Below are positions 45,732 to 54,020 of a DNA stretch of 64,000 nucleotides, in pieces. The translations under genes and the position numbers were made by a program. This stretch comes from a virus. Positions within the stretch are counted from its first letter, which is position 1; each line of letters starts with the position of its first letter. The DNA is taken from positions 21,242-85,241 of the IMG/VR virus record IMGVR_UViG_3300024333_000005. One strand, written 5' to 3'. The notes under the pieces were generated by a model that worked only from the letters and a program-made list of their open reading frames with translations, did no database searches and had not been told where the DNA came from.

Positions 45732-45943
45732 ACCTGTACTGGGTGGCCCAGGCGGACGCGATCCGCAAGCGCCACTGGGACCTCACCACGGCCACCCTGC
45801 ATGGCCCCCCGCCGGGCGACTGGTGGACCCGCTGGGTGGAGGACGTGGGCGTCCTGCTCGTGCTCCTGGACGCGGAGCAAGCCCGCAGTGCCAGCGTGCG
45901 CCTCCGGCTGGAAGAGCTGGCGGCCGCCCTGCGGGGCCCGTGA
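45728..45943 (+). CDS. Hypothetical protein
   Basis: ATGA-coupled, GGAGG RBS. Confidence 0.6.
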   Translation: MNLYWVAQADAIRKRHWDLTTATLHGPPPGDWWTRWVEDVGVLLVLLDAEQARSASVRLRLEELAAALRGP

Positions 45944-46491
45944 GCCGCGCCTGCCGGGGCCGGCTTCGCTGCGACGGCTGCTGGCGGGCCTGCTCCTACG
46001 CCCGCTTCCGGGGCCGCGTCCCGGTCCCCGGAGGCCCCCGAGATGGCCGACGCCCCCTCCCGCCCTGGCCGCTCTTTGCGGACGAGGGCCGGGCCCAGCA
46101 GCTTCGGCTCACCGAAGCCATAGCCGAGGGCCGAGGGAAGGGCGCCACGCGCCGCACCATCCTGGGGGCCCTGCGCCGGGCCAAGCTCGATGCCTGGGAA
46201 CGGGCCCTGGCGGCCTGCCCCCGGCGCGGCGAGGCCCTCCCGCGCACCACCGAGGAAGCCCTGGAGCTGGCCTTCGCCCTCCCCGCGGTCGAGTTCCGCC
46301 AGCGCTTCCTTGGCTGGACCCCGGCCCGGGCCCGGGCCCGGCGCCAGGCGCTCTCCCTGGCCGAGTTCGCAACCTGGTGGCGGAAGGCTGGGGCCCAACC
46401 CGAGCTTCCCTTCCGGCCCCCCGACCCCGACCTCGACCCCGACGAGAGCCCCTGGAAGTACCTGCTCGACCGGGAGGAGGGCCTGGCATGA
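45940..46491 (+). CDS. Hypothetical protein with N-terminal Cys cluster
   Basis: GTGA-coupled ORF. Confidence 0.6.
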   Translation: MSRACRGRLRCDGCWRACSYARFRGRVPVPGGPRDGRRPLPPWPLFADEGRAQQLRLTEAIAEGRGKGATRRTILGALRRAKLDAWERALAACPRRGEALPRTTEEALELAFALPAVEFRQRFLGWTPARARARRQALSLAEFATWWRKAGAQPELPFRPPDPDLDPDESPWKYLLDREEGLA

Positions 46492-47111
46492 ATGCCCGCT
46501 CGCCCATCCCGGGCCTGGAGGCCCTGCTCGTCCCGGCCGTCACCACCCTGGTCCTGGGCCCCCTCCCCACCAACCCTCGCCCGGTCCCGCTGATCAGGGT
46601 CTCCCCGGACGCCTTCCCGCACCCCGGCCTGCGGGCCCTCCCGCATCGCCTCCCCTTCCGCGCCGCTGCCTTCCGCCAGGCCATCCTCTTCCCGCCCCGA
46701 AGCCCCCGGCCCGGGAGGAACGACTACGACGAGGCCCTGCCGCCCTCCGAGCTGGCCCGGGCCCCGGCCTCCGACCCTCATCCCCTCGACCTGGCGGCCT
46801 ACCCCCCGGGACCGACGTACTGGCGCCTGGCGGCGTACCTCGCCGACGAAGTACGCCGGGTGCTGGCCGCGGGCAAAGGAAGCTCGCACGGCCGCCTGGT
46901 GCTGGTGGTCAAGGACTTCATCGACCAGGGTGTCCCGGTGCCGATGGTGGCCACCTGGTACGACCTCTTCCTGGCCCGGCGCTTCGCCGTCGAGGGCCAC
47001 TGGCGGGAGATGACCCCCGCTTCCTGGGAGCGGCGCCGAGCAGCCCTTCCCTGGGCCCACCACCCGACCGTCGATCACTGGAACCTCCTGATGCTCCGCA
47101 AACTGGCCTGA
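46488..47111 (+). CDS. Degenerate methyltransferase-like protein
   Basis: 'LPF...F..AILFPP', 'EVRRVL', 'LVLVVKDF..QG' parallel the MTase at 44931 but motif I is missing. Confidence 0.5.
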   Translation: MNARSPIPGLEALLVPAVTTLVLGPLPTNPRPVPLIRVSPDAFPHPGLRALPHRLPFRAAAFRQAILFPPRSPRPGRNDYDEALPPSELARAPASDPHPLDLAAYPPGPTYWRLAAYLADEVRRVLAAGKGSSHGRLVLVVKDFIDQGVPVPMVATWYDLFLARRFAVEGHWREMTPASWERRRAALPWAHHPTVDHWNLLMLRKLA

Positions 47112-47474
47112 CAGGCCGACCTGCGGCCCGCGCCCTGCCATCCAAACCGCTGGCCCGAACCCCGGGAAGGGGCGCAGACCCGCACCATTGGCCGAGATGC
47201 GAGGATGGGCCGCGGAACCCTTTTTCTCGCCATCCCCTCTCTTTGGCCGGCAAGCCTCGGATCTTCCTCGGTTTTCAGGCGGCTCGGCGGCCCCGGTTCG
47301 GGGGTGAGCAAACAGGGGCGAACCCCCTACCTTGTCCTCCATTACCCACACCAAGGTTCGCGCCCCCGCCGCGCCTTCCCCCTCCCCTGCACCCCTCCCT
47401 CTACCGAGGGCACCCCTCTCCCCCTATAGTCCCCCTCTCCCCGGTCCCGGGGAGCCGGCCGAACGCCCGTTCGG

Positions 47475-47691
47475 TTTTGAGCGAAGCGTATCAGGCGGAG
47501 GACCCGCCCGGAGGCCCGGCGGGCCGCTTTTTGAGCGAAGCGTATCAGCGAGACCGGCCGGACGCCCCGAAAGGGTCCCCCTGCAAGGTCAAAAAAGACG
47601 AAGAACAAGGGAAGATCAGCGGCTTGCAGAACAGGGTTCGCGGCTGGCCAGGGCCGGCGAGCGCCCCGCGCCTGATACGCTTCGCTCAAAA
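47475..47691. repeat. Three identical 20-bp boxes TTTTGAGCGAAGCGTATCAG (two direct, one inverted)
   Basis: 47475-47494 and 47529-47548 on +; reverse complement at 47672-47691. Confidence 0.92.
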
Positions 47692-48217
47692 TGCCCCTGG
47701 CGGCCCTTCCTGCCCCCTTTCCGCCTGCTCCCTGCCCGCTGCCCCGGATGCGGCTCGCCCCCGCTCTACAGGCCCGCCTGCGCCCCCTCCCCGCCCTCCC
47801 CCGGCCCCAGGCCCTAGCAGCCCTCCCCTGCACGGGCGAGCAGCCTATCTCCCGAATGCTCGTGCTCCCGGCGCGGGGGTCGGTCCCGGAGGACCTTCCC
47901 CGCGGCCACCCGTGCGGCCGGGAACCGGATTGACCGATTCGCGGGCCTGCGGCCAAAACTGGCACTGGACAACCGAGCAGACCTGGCCGGCGGGCTCCTG
48001 CCATATGCGCGCCCGCGCTGGAGGTCGGGCAATGTCCTCCCTGGTCGCACCTCTGCGCACCCCTGCCTGCCCCCCTGCCACCTCCCCCGGCGGCCGGCGG
48101 CGAGGGGGACGCGGACAGGGAAGGAGACGAGGGCGACGGGAGGGCGATGTCCTCCATGTCGTACCCCCCCCGGACTGGCTTGCGGATCGGGGGCGGATCG
48201 GGTGATCGCGGAGGCTG

Positions 48218-48368
48218 CCAGACCCTCTCTGCGTTCGCGAGGCCGGCGGAGGGGTCTGGTCTCCAGGGCCACGCCTCTCTGCGTTCGCGAGGGAGGGGGA
48301 GGGGGAGGGGTCTGGTCCGCCAGGGGTGCCCGCTCTGCGTTCGCAAAGAAGGGGGAGGGGTCTGGTCG
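48218..48368 (+). repeat. Three degenerate ~50-60-bp tandem units with G-tracts
   Basis: CTCTGCGTTCGC and GGAGGGGTCTGGTC each occur three times in alternation. Confidence 0.85.
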
Positions 48369-48432
48369 GGGTGGCCGGGGGCGGCGCCGACGGCGCGCCA
48401 AGCCTCCCCCGGCGCCCGGGGTAGGGAGGGGC

Positions 48433-48756
48433 ATGCACCGGATCACCGACCGGGAAGCCCTGGCCCTGACTCGGAAGCGGCTCGCCCTTTGGAAGGCCAA
48501 GCGGGCCAAGGAGCAAGCTCTGCTCAACTACGAGCGAACCGAGGAAGCCCTGGCCGCCCAGCTCCGGGCCATCATTGCCCGGATGGAGGCCCACTGGGAG
48601 ACGCAGCCCGAGCGCTGGCAGGAGGGGGTGGAGGGGCGGCTCTTCCGGGCATGGTGGCGGCACTGGGAGAGGCAACTGGTAGCTCGTCCTCTCGACCCGG
48701 TCCTCGTGGCCGAGCTGGCCTGGGGCTGGGGCGCCGAGCTTCCCCGGGAGAAGTGA
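48433..48756 (+). CDS. Hypothetical protein
   Basis: GGGAGG RBS; coupled to the next gene. Confidence 0.65.
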   Translation: MHRITDREALALTRKRLALWKAKRAKEQALLNYERTEEALAAQLRAIIARMEAHWETQPERWQEGVEGRLFRAWWRHWERQLVARPLDPVLVAELAWGWGAELPREK

Positions 48757-49547
48757 TGCCTCGTCAGCTCAAGCCATACTCGGTCGGGGAGGTCGTGGAC
48801 TCGGAGAGCGGGGTCAGGGTCCCGCTGTTCCTCGACCGGAACGCCTCGCCCAAGGTGTTCTTCGGGGAGGTCTTCGGGGAGCGGCTGGCGGCGGCCACCG
48901 AGGTCGAGGTCAAGCGCCTGGTCCTGGCCCGGCTCCGGGAGGGCGTGACCTACGAGTGGGAGCGGATTGTCGTGGTCCACACCCAGGGGAGCTTCGGGGA
49001 CCGCGGGTTGATCGTGGAGTTCGGCGAGCGCGAGATTGCCCGCCGTCCGGCCGGGGGCGACCCTTGCCGCCCCTGGGTGGAGCGGAGGGTCCGTCCGGTG
49101 CGCGACCGCGTCGAGGCGACCATCAGCTCCTACTCGGGGCCGACCGAGAGCCGGCCCGAGGACGGGGTCTTCGTCTTGCCCTGGAGCGAGGCGACGATGC
49201 TCGGGCTGCGGGACATCAAGGCCCGGCTGGACCTGCTCCGGGCGCGGCTGCGGGAGGTCCTGGGAGCGCCCGAGGCGCCCGTGCTGCTCGCCCGGCTGGT
49301 GAAGGCGCTACCTGCGCCGGCCGAGGCGCCGGCCGAGGCCCCTGCCCCGCCCGGCGAGCCGGCCGAGCCGGAGGCAAGCGGGACGGTGGAGCTGGAGGCC
49401 CACTTCCAGCTTGGCCCGGACGCGGCGCCGTGGTGCCAGGCGTGCGGGTCCTACCACGTCGCCCCGGCGGACGCCGCCCACCACCAGGCGCTCCGGTGTC
49501 GGGCCCCGTGGCCGCCGGCCGGGGCTCCGGCGGAGGGGTCGAGGTGA
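48756..49547 (+). CDS. Hypothetical protein
   Basis: TGATG coupling; protein-like composition. Confidence 0.7.
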   Translation: MPRQLKPYSVGEVVDSESGVRVPLFLDRNASPKVFFGEVFGERLAAATEVEVKRLVLARLREGVTYEWERIVVVHTQGSFGDRGLIVEFGEREIARRPAGGDPCRPWVERRVRPVRDRVEATISSYSGPTESRPEDGVFVLPWSEATMLGLRDIKARLDLLRARLREVLGAPEAPVLLARLVKALPAPAEAPAEAPAPPGEPAEPEASGTVELEAHFQLGPDAAPWCQACGSYHVAPADAAHHQALRCRAPWPPAGAPAEGSR

Positions 49548-49984
49548 CCGACGCTGACCGCGCTCTCGCTCGCCGCGCTGCCGCCTGCGAGCACTGGAAG
49601 TGGCGGGCCGGCATGCGGGTCGTGATCTCCTATGCCGAAGCTACAGCCAGCGCCCGCATCGTGAGCGCCCGCCTGGACGGGATCGCGTGCGCGGACGAGC
49701 GCGGACTCCGCTACGGGTGGCACCACCTGGGGGCTGGCCCTGCACAAGAGCGGTGCCTGCCCGACCTCGCGGACGCGGCCACGATGGGTTGCCTCCTTGC
49801 CCTCGTGCGGGAGGCGTGGCCGGGGTGGCGCGTCACCGTCGAGTGGGGCGGGGAGCCCTCGGACCCGGAGTACGGGTGGGTCGCCGTCTGCTACGACGAC
49901 CGCACCGGCGAGGTGCGGACGCTCGGCCCCGACGGAGGCACCGAAACCGACGCCCTCGTTGCGGCGCTGGAAGCGGCGCCGTGA
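49544..49984 (+). CDS. Hypothetical phage protein
   Basis: GTGA-coupled; 'LARRA.AC.HW.W..GM...LPDL.D.AT.GCLLALVREAW'. Confidence 0.7.
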   Translation: MTDADRALARRAAACEHWKWRAGMRVVISYAEATASARIVSARLDGIACADERGLRYGWHHLGAGPAQERCLPDLADAATMGCLLALVREAWPGWRVTVEWGGEPSDPEYGWVAVCYDDRTGEVRTLGPDGGTETDALVAALEAAP

Positions 49985-50072
49985 CCTGGGCCGCACCGCT
50001 CCTGTCCGCCGCCTGCGGGGGCGGGCGACCGCTCCCCGGGCCGGACGCAGGGCGGGCGGCCGCGGAGGCCCC

Positions 50073-50954
50073 GTGACCGACGCAGAGCGAGTGGCCGAGC
50101 TGCTGGCGCGGTGCGCCCGCACCGAGCATCTGCTGCGCCGCGAGCGCGAGCGGATCGCCGTGCTCTACGACGTGCTGGAGGAACGCTACCTCCAGGACTT
50201 CCGGTGGGAAGACCAGAGCCATCTCCCGGACGGCACCGGGGACGAGGCTGCCCGGGCGCAAGCTTGCGTGGCCAAGGCGGCGTGCCAACGGGCTGCGGAT
50301 GCCGGCCGGGTGACCTGGCGCCACGTCCTCGCCGAGGAAGTCGCCGAAGCCTTGGCCGAAGCCGAGCCGGCGAAGCTGCGCCGTGAGCTGGTCCAGGTCG
50401 CGGCCGTTGCGGCAGCATGGGTCGAGGCCCTTGACCGCAGATCCAGGGGAGTCGCCGCGGTGGTCGCCCGCGGGGACGCGGGAGGCGCGGCCGACGCCGC
50501 GGACGAAGGAGGCGCCCCCATGACCGCTTCTGCCTCTCCGGCCGAGGGCCGCAAGCGCCCGCCGGCGACGCTGACCCACGACGAGGGAGCCGTAGCCCGC
50601 TGCTCGTTCTGCGGACGATACACGCTCGATCCCGCGGCCCTCGGTCCCGCGGCGAGGCAACCGGACTGCGAATGCGGCCGGCGGGACGGCTGGTGCGGGT
50701 CCTTCGTGCCTCCCGGCGATGACGCGCAGTGGTCGCGCAAGGCGCCGCCACGCGTCGTCGCGGTACCAGACACCCTGGAGGCGCTGGCGGCCCGGATTGC
50801 CCGGGCCGAGCCGGGGGCGGCCGACGACCTCGCCGCCGCGCTGACCGGCCTGCGGACAGACGTGGGTGTGCTGGACCTGCGGGTGCGGGCGCGGCTGGAG
50901 CGGATCGAGGCGTACGTCGCCGCGCTGGCCAAGGCGAGGGACGTGAAGCCGTGA
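50073..50954 (+). CDS. MazG-like NTP pyrophosphohydrolase fused to a Cys-rich domain
   Basis: 'QD.RW..Q.H.PDGTG...TW..VL.EEVAEA..E......RELVQVAAVA.AW.E.LD'; internal RBS and ATG at 50520. Confidence 0.7.
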   Translation: MTDAERVAELLARCARTEHLLRRERERIAVLYDVLEERYLQDFRWEDQSHLPDGTGDEAARAQACVAKAACQRAADAGRVTWRHVLAEEVAEALAEAEPAKLRRELVQVAAVAAAWVEALDRRSRGVAAVVARGDAGGAADAADEGGAPMTASASPAEGRKRPPATLTHDEGAVARCSFCGRYTLDPAALGPAARQPDCECGRRDGWCGSFVPPGDDAQWSRKAPPRVVAVPDTLEALAARIARAEPGAADDLAAALTGLRTDVGVLDLRVRARLERIEAYVAALAKARDVKP

Positions 50955-51385
50955 GTGGGGATGCGCCCCGCTGTCCCCGTTGCGACTGCGAGGACTGCCC
51001 GGCGGCCGCAGTCACCTGGCGGGAGGTCGCGGCGCTCGCCGACGGGTGGGCGCCGGCGGGAGATGCCGAGGACGACCCCCGCGTCCTCGACGACTCGGAG
51101 CGCCACGGGTGCCACGGCGAGCCCGTGGACTGGCGGGCGCGAGCGCTGGAGGCGGAAAGCGAGCGCGGCGCCCTCCTGGCCCGCTGCCTCGCCGCGGTCG
51201 AGGCGATGCCGGACTTCGCGGGGCCATGTTCGTTGTGCCACGGCACCCGCTCGGACGAGTACGGGGCGGAGTGCTCGGAGTGCGATGGCCGCGGCCATCG
51301 GGGGCTGGAGGGCCTGCTGCGCTCCGACGTGCTCGCCGCCCTGCTGCGGGCGGGGGGAGTAGACGGACGACGGAGGCACCCGTGA
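50951..51385 (+). CDS. Cys-rich hypothetical protein (CxxCxGxG-like)
   Basis: GTGA-coupled; CSLCHG...CSECDGRG. Confidence 0.6.
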   Translation: MSGDAPRCPRCDCEDCPAAAVTWREVAALADGWAPAGDAEDDPRVLDDSERHGCHGEPVDWRARALEAESERGALLARCLAAVEAMPDFAGPCSLCHGTRSDEYGAECSECDGRGHRGLEGLLRSDVLAALLRAGGVDGRRRHP

Positions 51386-51828
51386 TCGACGAGCTGCGGG
51401 CGGGCCTGGACCGGCTCAACCAAGCGATGTATGGCGAGGCGAAGGGCCAGAGCTGGCCGGACGCGGAAGCGGCCAAGCTCCTTCGCTACGCGGCCGACCG
51501 AATCGACATGCTGACTGCGGACGGGGATCGGGCCTGGCAGGAAGCCAAGCGGCTGCGCGACGCCCTGTGCCGGCTCACGCAAGAGGTGTCTTCCCTGAAC
51601 GTCGGGGGGCGGGGGCGGGAGTCCTGCTCGACCCTGCTCCGGGAGGCGGGACAGGCCGCGGCGGTGGCGGCGAAGGCCCTGGAGCCGGGCGATGCGCTTC
51701 TGCCAGCATCGCCGGAACTGCCCCGAACCTGCGCCGCGCACTTCCGGGCGACGGTCCAGTGGTGGGACGAACGGCAGACCGAGTGCCCTTTCTGTGCCGC
51801 GCTGAAGGCGCAGTGCCCGGGGGGCTAG
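51382..51828 (+). CDS. Hypothetical protein
   Basis: GGAGG RBS; GTGA-coupled. Confidence 0.6.
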   Translation: MIDELRAGLDRLNQAMYGEAKGQSWPDAEAAKLLRYAADRIDMLTADGDRAWQEAKRLRDALCRLTQEVSSLNVGGRGRESCSTLLREAGQAAAVAAKALEPGDALLPASPELPRTCAAHFRATVQWWDERQTECPFCAALKAQCPGG

Positions 51829-52184
51829 GGCAGGTTCAACCCGATCACGTCCCGCTCCCGGCGCTCGTCGTGGCGGGAGCGCAGGAGGGCCCGCGCCGCC
51901 TGGAGGTGGGAGAGGGCCTGGGCGTTCGCCTCGCAGGGGAAGGGGCCGGCCTGGAAGGCTTCGAGCCGGTCGGCGAGGATGGCGAACAGGTGCTCGTCGA
52001 GCGCTCCCTGGCGGGAGCCCGGCTCCCGGCGCGGGCCATGCTGAAACTCGACCAGAGCCAGGACCAGGTTGTCGGGGTCCTGGACCTCGTAGTAGTGGCT
52101 GGCCCCGCCGGCGTTCGGGTCCCGGTCGTCGGCGAGGACCCGGCCCCACTCGTACTCCGCGACCTGGTGAAGCTCGCTAGGCAT
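51825..52184 (-). CDS. tad1: Tad1-family anti-defence sponge (Thoeris gcADPR / cyclic nucleotide binding)
   Basis: 119 aa; 'GGASHYY...FQHGPR.E..S..G..D..L..I..DRL..FQAGPF...NA.AL.H......R...R.ER.V.G.N' follows the Tad1 pattern over its full length; GGGAGG RBS. Confidence 0.85.
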   Translation of the reverse strand: MPSELHQVAEYEWGRVLADDRDPNAGGASHYYEVQDPDNLVLALVEFQHGPRREPGSRQGALDEHLFAILADRLEAFQAGPFPCEANAQALSHLQAARALLRSRHDERRERDVIGLNLP

Positions 52185-52325
52185 GGCGCCTCCCTGGGGC
52201 GGCAGGGTAGCAGACCCGGGAGGCGGGGCCAAGGGGACGCTCTGGGCTGGCGTAGGGGGGGGGAGTAAGGGCCGGCGCCTGGCGCCAGTTCCAGAAGCCG
52301 GTCGAACTCGCCGCGGAGGAGGACG

Positions 52326-52532
52326 ATGCCCAACCTGAACCTCGCCTGCCTCGTGGTCTGCAACGCGTGCAAGGCCCCCCTCCCGGCTCGGGCCGAGGTC
52401 CACCAGGGAGGGGGCTACACGTTCCTGGTCGAGCCCTGCAAGGGCTGCCTGACTGTGGCCGAGGACCTCGGCTACGAGCGCGGCTACGAGGGCCGGGACC
52501 GGCCCCGGGAGCCGGGTCGTGAGCGAAGCTGA
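52326..52532 (+). CDS. Small Cys4 zinc-binding protein
   Basis: GGAGGAGG RBS; CNAC...CKGC. Confidence 0.65.
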   Translation: MPNLNLACLVVCNACKAPLPARAEVHQGGGYTFLVEPCKGCLTVAEDLGYERGYEGRDRPREPGRERS

Positions 52533-52788
52533 CGAGGTGGCCGCGGCCCTGGCCCTGCTCTGGGGCCGGGCCTGGCCGGGGCCGGGCGTGGCGCCCGAAG
52601 CCCTAGCCCGGCACCTGGGGTGGTGGCGGCGGCCGGGCCCGCCGGCCGACCCGCGGGACCTGGTGCTCGACGCCGGCCGGGCCTACGTAGCGCTGGTGGG
52701 GCTGGAGCGGCGGGATCTCGCTCGGTGCTGTCGGGTGCCCGGGGCGACCTTCTACTGGCGGCCGACGGGGAGAAGGAGCGAGGGATGA
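52519..52788 (+). CDS. Hypothetical protein
   Basis: Coupled ORF ending in ATGA overlap with the next gene. Confidence 0.5.
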   Translation: MSEADEVAAALALLWGRAWPGPGVAPEALARHLGWWRRPGPPADPRDLVLDAGRAYVALVGLERRDLARCCRVPGATFYWRPTGRRSEG

Positions 52789-54020
52789 AGCCAAGGATGC
52801 GAGTGGCCGAGCGGACAATCCGCTCGGCATGGCTCGACGGGGTGGAGGCGGTGGCCTGCCAGGTGACCGCGACCCGGACGGCCGGCCCGCTCCGGTTCGT
52901 CGACCGGGACGACCGGGAACAGGCGGTCCGGGTGGGGGGCGCCCTGGCCGCGGCCGGCCTTCCGGTCGACGCCGAGGTCCGGTTCCATCCGGCGCCGCCC
53001 TTCCCGGCTTCCGAGCTGGATCTGCCCGCGGCCCTGGCGGTCGCCGGGCTGGCCGGCGGCGAGGCGGACCACTTCGACCTGGCCGAGCTGTTGGCGGTCG
53101 GGGAGCTGACCCTCGACGGGCGCCTGCGGTTGGTGCGGGGGGTGGCGCGGATGGTCGCCTCCCCCACCCTGCGCCGGGTGATCGTGCCGGCAGCGAACCG
53201 GACCGAGGCGGTCCTGGCCTCCCGGCCTGGCAACGAGGTGGTGGCCGCGGGCGACCTGGCCGAGGCCCGGCGAGGCGAAGGGTTGCCGGGAGTGCCGGTG
53301 GACCTTCTGCCGGAGCCGAGGCCCCTGCCGCCCCTGCCGCTCTCCCGGGAAGCTCTGGGGCTTCTGTCCTCCGCCCTGGCCTCTCGGCGCCCTCTGCTCC
53401 TGGAGGGGCCGCCGGGGTGCGGGAAGACCGCCCTCGCCCGCCGGCTGCCGGCAGCCCTGCCGCCGCCCTCCCTGTGCGAACGCGAGGAGGTGGTCGCGGC
53501 CCGCTCGGCCGCGGGCCTGCTCGACGTGAACGATCTCGCCTACCTGGGGTACCGCCCCTTCCGGGCTCCGCACCACACCTGCTCGACGGCCGCCTTCGGC
53601 GGCGCCGGGCCGGCCGGGGCGCGGGCCCGGCCAGGAGAGGCCGCTCTGGCCCACCGCGGCGTCCTCCTGCTCGACGACCTCGGCGAGTGGTCCCGGGCGA
53701 CCCTGGAGGTGGTCGCGGCCGCCTTCCGACTCGGAAGCGTGCAGCACCCGCGGGGCGCCCGGATGCCGGCCGTCTTCTGGCCGGTGCTCGCCTCCCCCCT
53801 CTGCCCCTGCGGCCTGCCTCCCCGGTGCGTCTGCCGGCCGGAGACGCTGCGGGCCTGGGAGGCGCGCCGGGCCGGAGTTCTGGCGCTGTTCCCTGGCTGC
53901 GTTCGGCTGCGGGTCGACGAGCTGGCCGGCGGGGCCGAGGCGGCCGGCACGACCGCCGACCTGGCAGACCTGGTGAAGCAAGCCCTCGGAGGAAGCGATG
54001 TCCGCCCCCATGCCGGGTGA
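52785..54020 (+). CDS. comM: ComM/YifB-family Mg-chelatase-like AAA protein, truncated and degenerate
   Basis: 'LDLP.ALA', 'GEL.LDG.LR.V.G', 'IVP.AN..EA', 'GPPGCGKT.LARRL', 'PFRAPHHT', 'PGE..LAH.GVL.LDD', 'CPCG'. Confidence 0.85.
   Translation: MKPRMRVAERTIRSAWLDGVEAVACQVTATRTAGPLRFVDRDDREQAVRVGGALAAAGLPVDAEVRFHPAPPFPASELDLPAALAVAGLAGGEADHFDLAELLAVGELTLDGRLRLVRGVARMVASPTLRRVIVPAANRTEAVLASRPGNEVVAAGDLAEARRGEGLPGVPVDLLPEPRPLPPLPLSREALGLLSSALASRRPLLLEGPPGCGKTALARRLPAALPPPSLCEREEVVAARSAAGLLDVNDLAYLGYRPFRAPHHTCSTAAFGGAGPAGARARPGEAALAHRGVLLLDDLGEWSRATLEVVAAAFRLGSVQHPRGARMPAVFWPVLASPLCPCGLPPRCVCRPETLRAWEARRAGVLALFPGCVRLRVDELAGGAEAAGTTADLADLVKQALGGSDVRPHAG

Noticed and set aside
47475-47548. Two 20-bp repeats with a 34-nt spacer as a mini CRISPR array
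   Set aside because: Repeat is short, the third copy is inverted, and no cas genes or leader were seen; protein-binding boxes fit better
49540-51800. Apparent shift in codon style suggesting a recently acquired block
   Set aside because: Visual impression only; needs codon-usage or tetranucleotide computation
52785-54020. comM as a host gene remnant at a prophage attachment site
   Set aside because: Phage genes continue on both sides with translational coupling, no integrase is adjacent, and divergence is spread across the protein
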